Assembly: GCA_946184025.1 (NCBI GenBank)
Contig: CAMHEA010000001.1
Span: 4,871 to 68,870 of the forward strand
Direction of reading: 5' to 3'
Length of the DNA stretch: 64,000 nucleotides
Source: an uncultured Prevotella sp.
Lineage (GTDB): Bacteria > Bacteroidota > Bacteroidia > Bacteroidales > Bacteroidaceae
The notes under the pieces were generated by a model that had not been told where the DNA came from, ran no database searches, and saw only the letters and a list, made by a program, of their open reading frames with translations. The position numbers and the translations under genes are program-made. Of the stretch, positions 62,501-64,000 are shown one piece after another. The first letter of the stretch is position 1. Each line of letters starts with the position of its first letter.

Positions 62501-62521
62501 TGAGAGTAATCTTTTCTTCAT
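59501..62521 (-). CDS. Leucine-rich-repeat T9SS surface protein
   Basis: Signal peptide; L..L.C.NNQLTSLDVS repeats; two FPDE.F/L caps; CTD YYTIDGRKL…KGIYIFNGRKVAVK; -7 box at 62562-62569. Confidence 0.88.
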   Translation of the reverse strand: MKKRLLSSMILLCIAMGAWAQFVTIGKGDSSSSYLPTKTNYNYSFTEQIYTGAEIGVSGKITSLGFYNTESNDVTRTVDIFMMPTSKSTFGSDYVWMAMSEEAKVFSGEVTFKGKSWTQITLSKPLEYDNTQNLLLAVNDRTGSYESGVDFAVFYGSSGYKSLYAYNDYEGAYNPYSPGTPYNRSDTSYKNIIRLGCELDCSAFDNEGNYLSDIDFGTQSNAVTKTFTVKNNTESLIQVDLSLSCFPDNLFSIDKQHFSIAGGATETITVTMNKEPYGIKNGNVIVSFGDTKQEITLTGTILPPDVAIDEEHFPDEKFRSLVKYRHDKNSDNILSGEEILAVKELDFYMGYQYPINDLTGMEYFIEMESFNNGYPYSFFGFEELDLSNFLKLKYFRSQNTNLKVLKLPDNGQMVGIDCYDNKLTSLDVSNYPELKELYCSNNQLTSLDVSANQKLENLQCNGNQITSLNIANNQVIKYLYIYNNPLESITFGNNTSLELLDVSECNLKTWVIDKENVPNLQAVIISKDFIRGKAMDDLISSLPAYSGKEDWYKAWIILNKDYVTQDKLYNVVTEAQRDAAAAKNWNIGFSNVGGYNIMNPAPNGIVLADENFPDENLQNALFHTSIGTDGVITPEEQAATTSLELSEREISNPKGLEVFTALQSLSIYNNSIQGENMDALVEALPIRSENDGELKISTQNFTWEHNTVTRQQVDAMKAKGWNVLVYDDYKGWIPYIGTRLPVYFYNFNTYQSTYFYAEADVDINAMLKEDEAFKAGTVSYDNTTRTITFDGMEYDGYLFIKDYSGQSYSFNVIGENNIKGGMRIYTENATFNGGGSLHIGAMRSQTYYPGDIQITIDGPTIEIKADDTNASFLYCEAFGNATLSVLSGRLSVTGEIPFIIEATGEPCLELGDGISILEPEGVEWKVFTNFGNWEGYEWSLGTFVDSSDSYELNTTIVIGALPNAISTIDTRQQNDGEYYTIDGRKLGSAPTQKGIYIFNGRKVAVK

Positions 62522-62801
62522 AATTCAATGAGTTTAGTTATACATAATGATTGATTTGCCACAAAGATAGGGGAAAAGCAGCAGCAACTTACTGACAAAA
62601 TACGGGAATCGACTGACAAATCCTGCTTTTGTTAGTCAGTTTATAGCATTTGCCGTCATTTTTGGCTGCAACCTATTTATCCGACCATCATTCTTTGGGA
62701 AGATGAGTCCCTGCATCTTCTTTTTGTCCGCTTCTCTGCCATCTGATAGTCAGAAGAAAGTGCGCTTGCCCTGTAAGCACATCAAAGGTGTGTCAGCACA
62801 T

Positions 62802-62849
62802 CACGAGAAAAGCCAGCATCCTTTTCATGGGATGCTGGCTTTTCTCGTG
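62802..62849. terminator. Orphan 20-bp perfect hairpin between divergent genes
   Basis: cacgagaaaagccagcatcc/ggatgctggcttttctcgtg. Confidence 0.55.
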
Positions 62850-62900
62850 TGCGGGTGTGTCGGAGGTGTCTTTTTTTGAGGCCGTTTTCCTGCGAATGGG

Positions 62901-63045
62901 CTTCGCTTACTAACCCGCTGAGGCTCAGTGAATTGCAGAAAGTGTTGAGGTCGTGAGAATTTTTAATTTAAAAATTCTCAAAAAATAATTTATTAATTCT
63001 CAAAAAATAAATTAAAAATTCTCGCGACTGTGGCACTTTCGGAGG
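62901..63045. repeat. Family B element, copy 3 (flanks inverted)
   Basis: taacccgctgaggctcag…core 62955-63023…gcgactgtggcactttcggag. Confidence 0.85.
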
Positions 63046-63230
63046 AAAGAGAAGGATTTTCCCTTTTTTGTATGGGATGGGTTGAGGACAGTTTGTCGGG
63101 AAAGTCGCAGGCTCACAACCCCGCCTTTAACCTTTTTCTATACACGCGCGTGAAGCGTTTCTTGGGGCTTCGGTGCTTGTATGTCAGAAAAAAGCATTAC
63201 CTTTGCCGTCTGAAAAGAGAAGAAAAAGAA

Positions 63231-64000
63231 ATGGCTGGGGAGAAAAACGAATATGTAAGGCAGGTGGCTGAACGCAAGTATGAGTTCGGCTTCACTACCG
63301 ATGTGCATACGGAAATCATTGACAGGGGACTCAACGAGGATGTGGTGCGGCTCATCTCGGCCAAGAAGGGTGAGCCCGACTGGATGCTGGAGTTCCGCCT
63401 GAAGGCTTTCCGCCACTGGCTGACGATGAAGCAGCCGTCGTGGGGGCACCTGCATCTGCCGGCTATAGACTATCAGGCCATCTCCTATTATGCCGACCCG
63501 ATGGCGAAGAAGCCGCAAAACAAGGAGATTGATCCGGAGTTGGAAAAGACCTTCGACAAACTGGGCATCCCGTTGGAGGAGCGTCTGGCACTGAGCGGGA
63601 CGGCCGTCGATGCCATCATGGACTCTGTGTCGGTGAAAACCACGTTCAAGGAGCAGCTGCGCGAGAAGGGTATCATCTTCTGTTCCATTGGCGAAGCCGT
63701 GAAGGAGCATCCGGATCTGGTGCGCGAATACCTCGGCACGGTGGTTCCCTATCGTGATAATTTCTATGCAGCGTTGAACTCTGCGGTGTTCTCCGACGGC
63801 TCGTTCGTCTACATTCCCAAAGGCGTGCGCTGTCCGATGGAGCTGAGCAGCTACTTCCGCATCAATGCCCGCAACACGGGACAGTTTGAACGCACCCTCA
63901 TCGTGGCCGACGACGACAGCTATGTCAGCTATCTGGAAGGCTGTACGGCTCCGATGCGTGACGAAAACCAGCTGCATGCCGCCATCGTGGAGATTATTGT
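63231..64000 (+). CDS. sufB: Fe-S cluster assembly protein SufB (runs off the window end)
   Basis: MAGEKNEY…YEFGF.T…KGEPDWMLEFRL…LNSAVFSDGSF.YIPKGVRCPMELSSYFRINA..TGQFERT…LEGCTAP; -7 box at 63198. Confidence 0.95.
   Translation, partial: MAGEKNEYVRQVAERKYEFGFTTDVHTEIIDRGLNEDVVRLISAKKGEPDWMLEFRLKAFRHWLTMKQPSWGHLHLPAIDYQAISYYADPMAKKPQNKEIDPELEKTFDKLGIPLEERLALSGTAVDAIMDSVSVKTTFKEQLREKGIIFCSIGEAVKEHPDLVREYLGTVVPYRDNFYAALNSAVFSDGSFVYIPKGVRCPMELSSYFRINARNTGQFERTLIVADDDSYVSYLEGCTAPMRDENQLHAAIVEII

Noticed and set aside
40476-63045. CRISPR arrays at the periodic intergenic repeats
   Set aside because: Period is 22 bp with about 5-bp spacers and degenerate units; no cas genes.
63138-63977. 279-aa minus-strand ORF
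   Set aside because: Antisense shadow of sufB, which the ORF track missed because it runs off the window end.

Overview
64 kb from a Bacteroidales (Prevotella-like) chromosome, judged from TAnnTTTG promoters, T9SS C-terminal domains (CTDs), SusC/SusD and rimP-nusA-infB-sufB. About 1-48.5 kb is a large predicted beta-1,3-glucan utilisation locus. It holds GH81, three GH128, three GH3, GH5, a GH78-like protein, SusC/SusD, a membrane Y_Y_Y/LuxR regulator, an AraC regulator and several non-catalytic CBM32-type T9SS proteins, interrupted by two adhesin-like T9SS genes and a decayed ISL3. The rest is tRNA-Asn, an S41 protease, an ADH/hydrolase/AraC cluster, rimP-nusA-infB, an LRR T9SS gene and the start of sufB. 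Four signals stand out. (1) Four related small peptides (K/R-x-Y-x-x-P ... [GA]K ... W[ED]D-stop) sit directly behind T9SS cargo genes; the three complete upstream genes all carry one shared pre-CTD domain. (2) A conserved operator-like motif (AAAAGTGAGGTTTWTG) lies at a fixed distance upstream of four PUL promoters. (3) Three unrelated intergenic repeat families are all built on a 22-bp period, and in one the core is flipped relative to its flanks. (4) Mosaic REP-like intergenic elements recur across the locus. All calls come from motif recognition by eye; no database searches were run.
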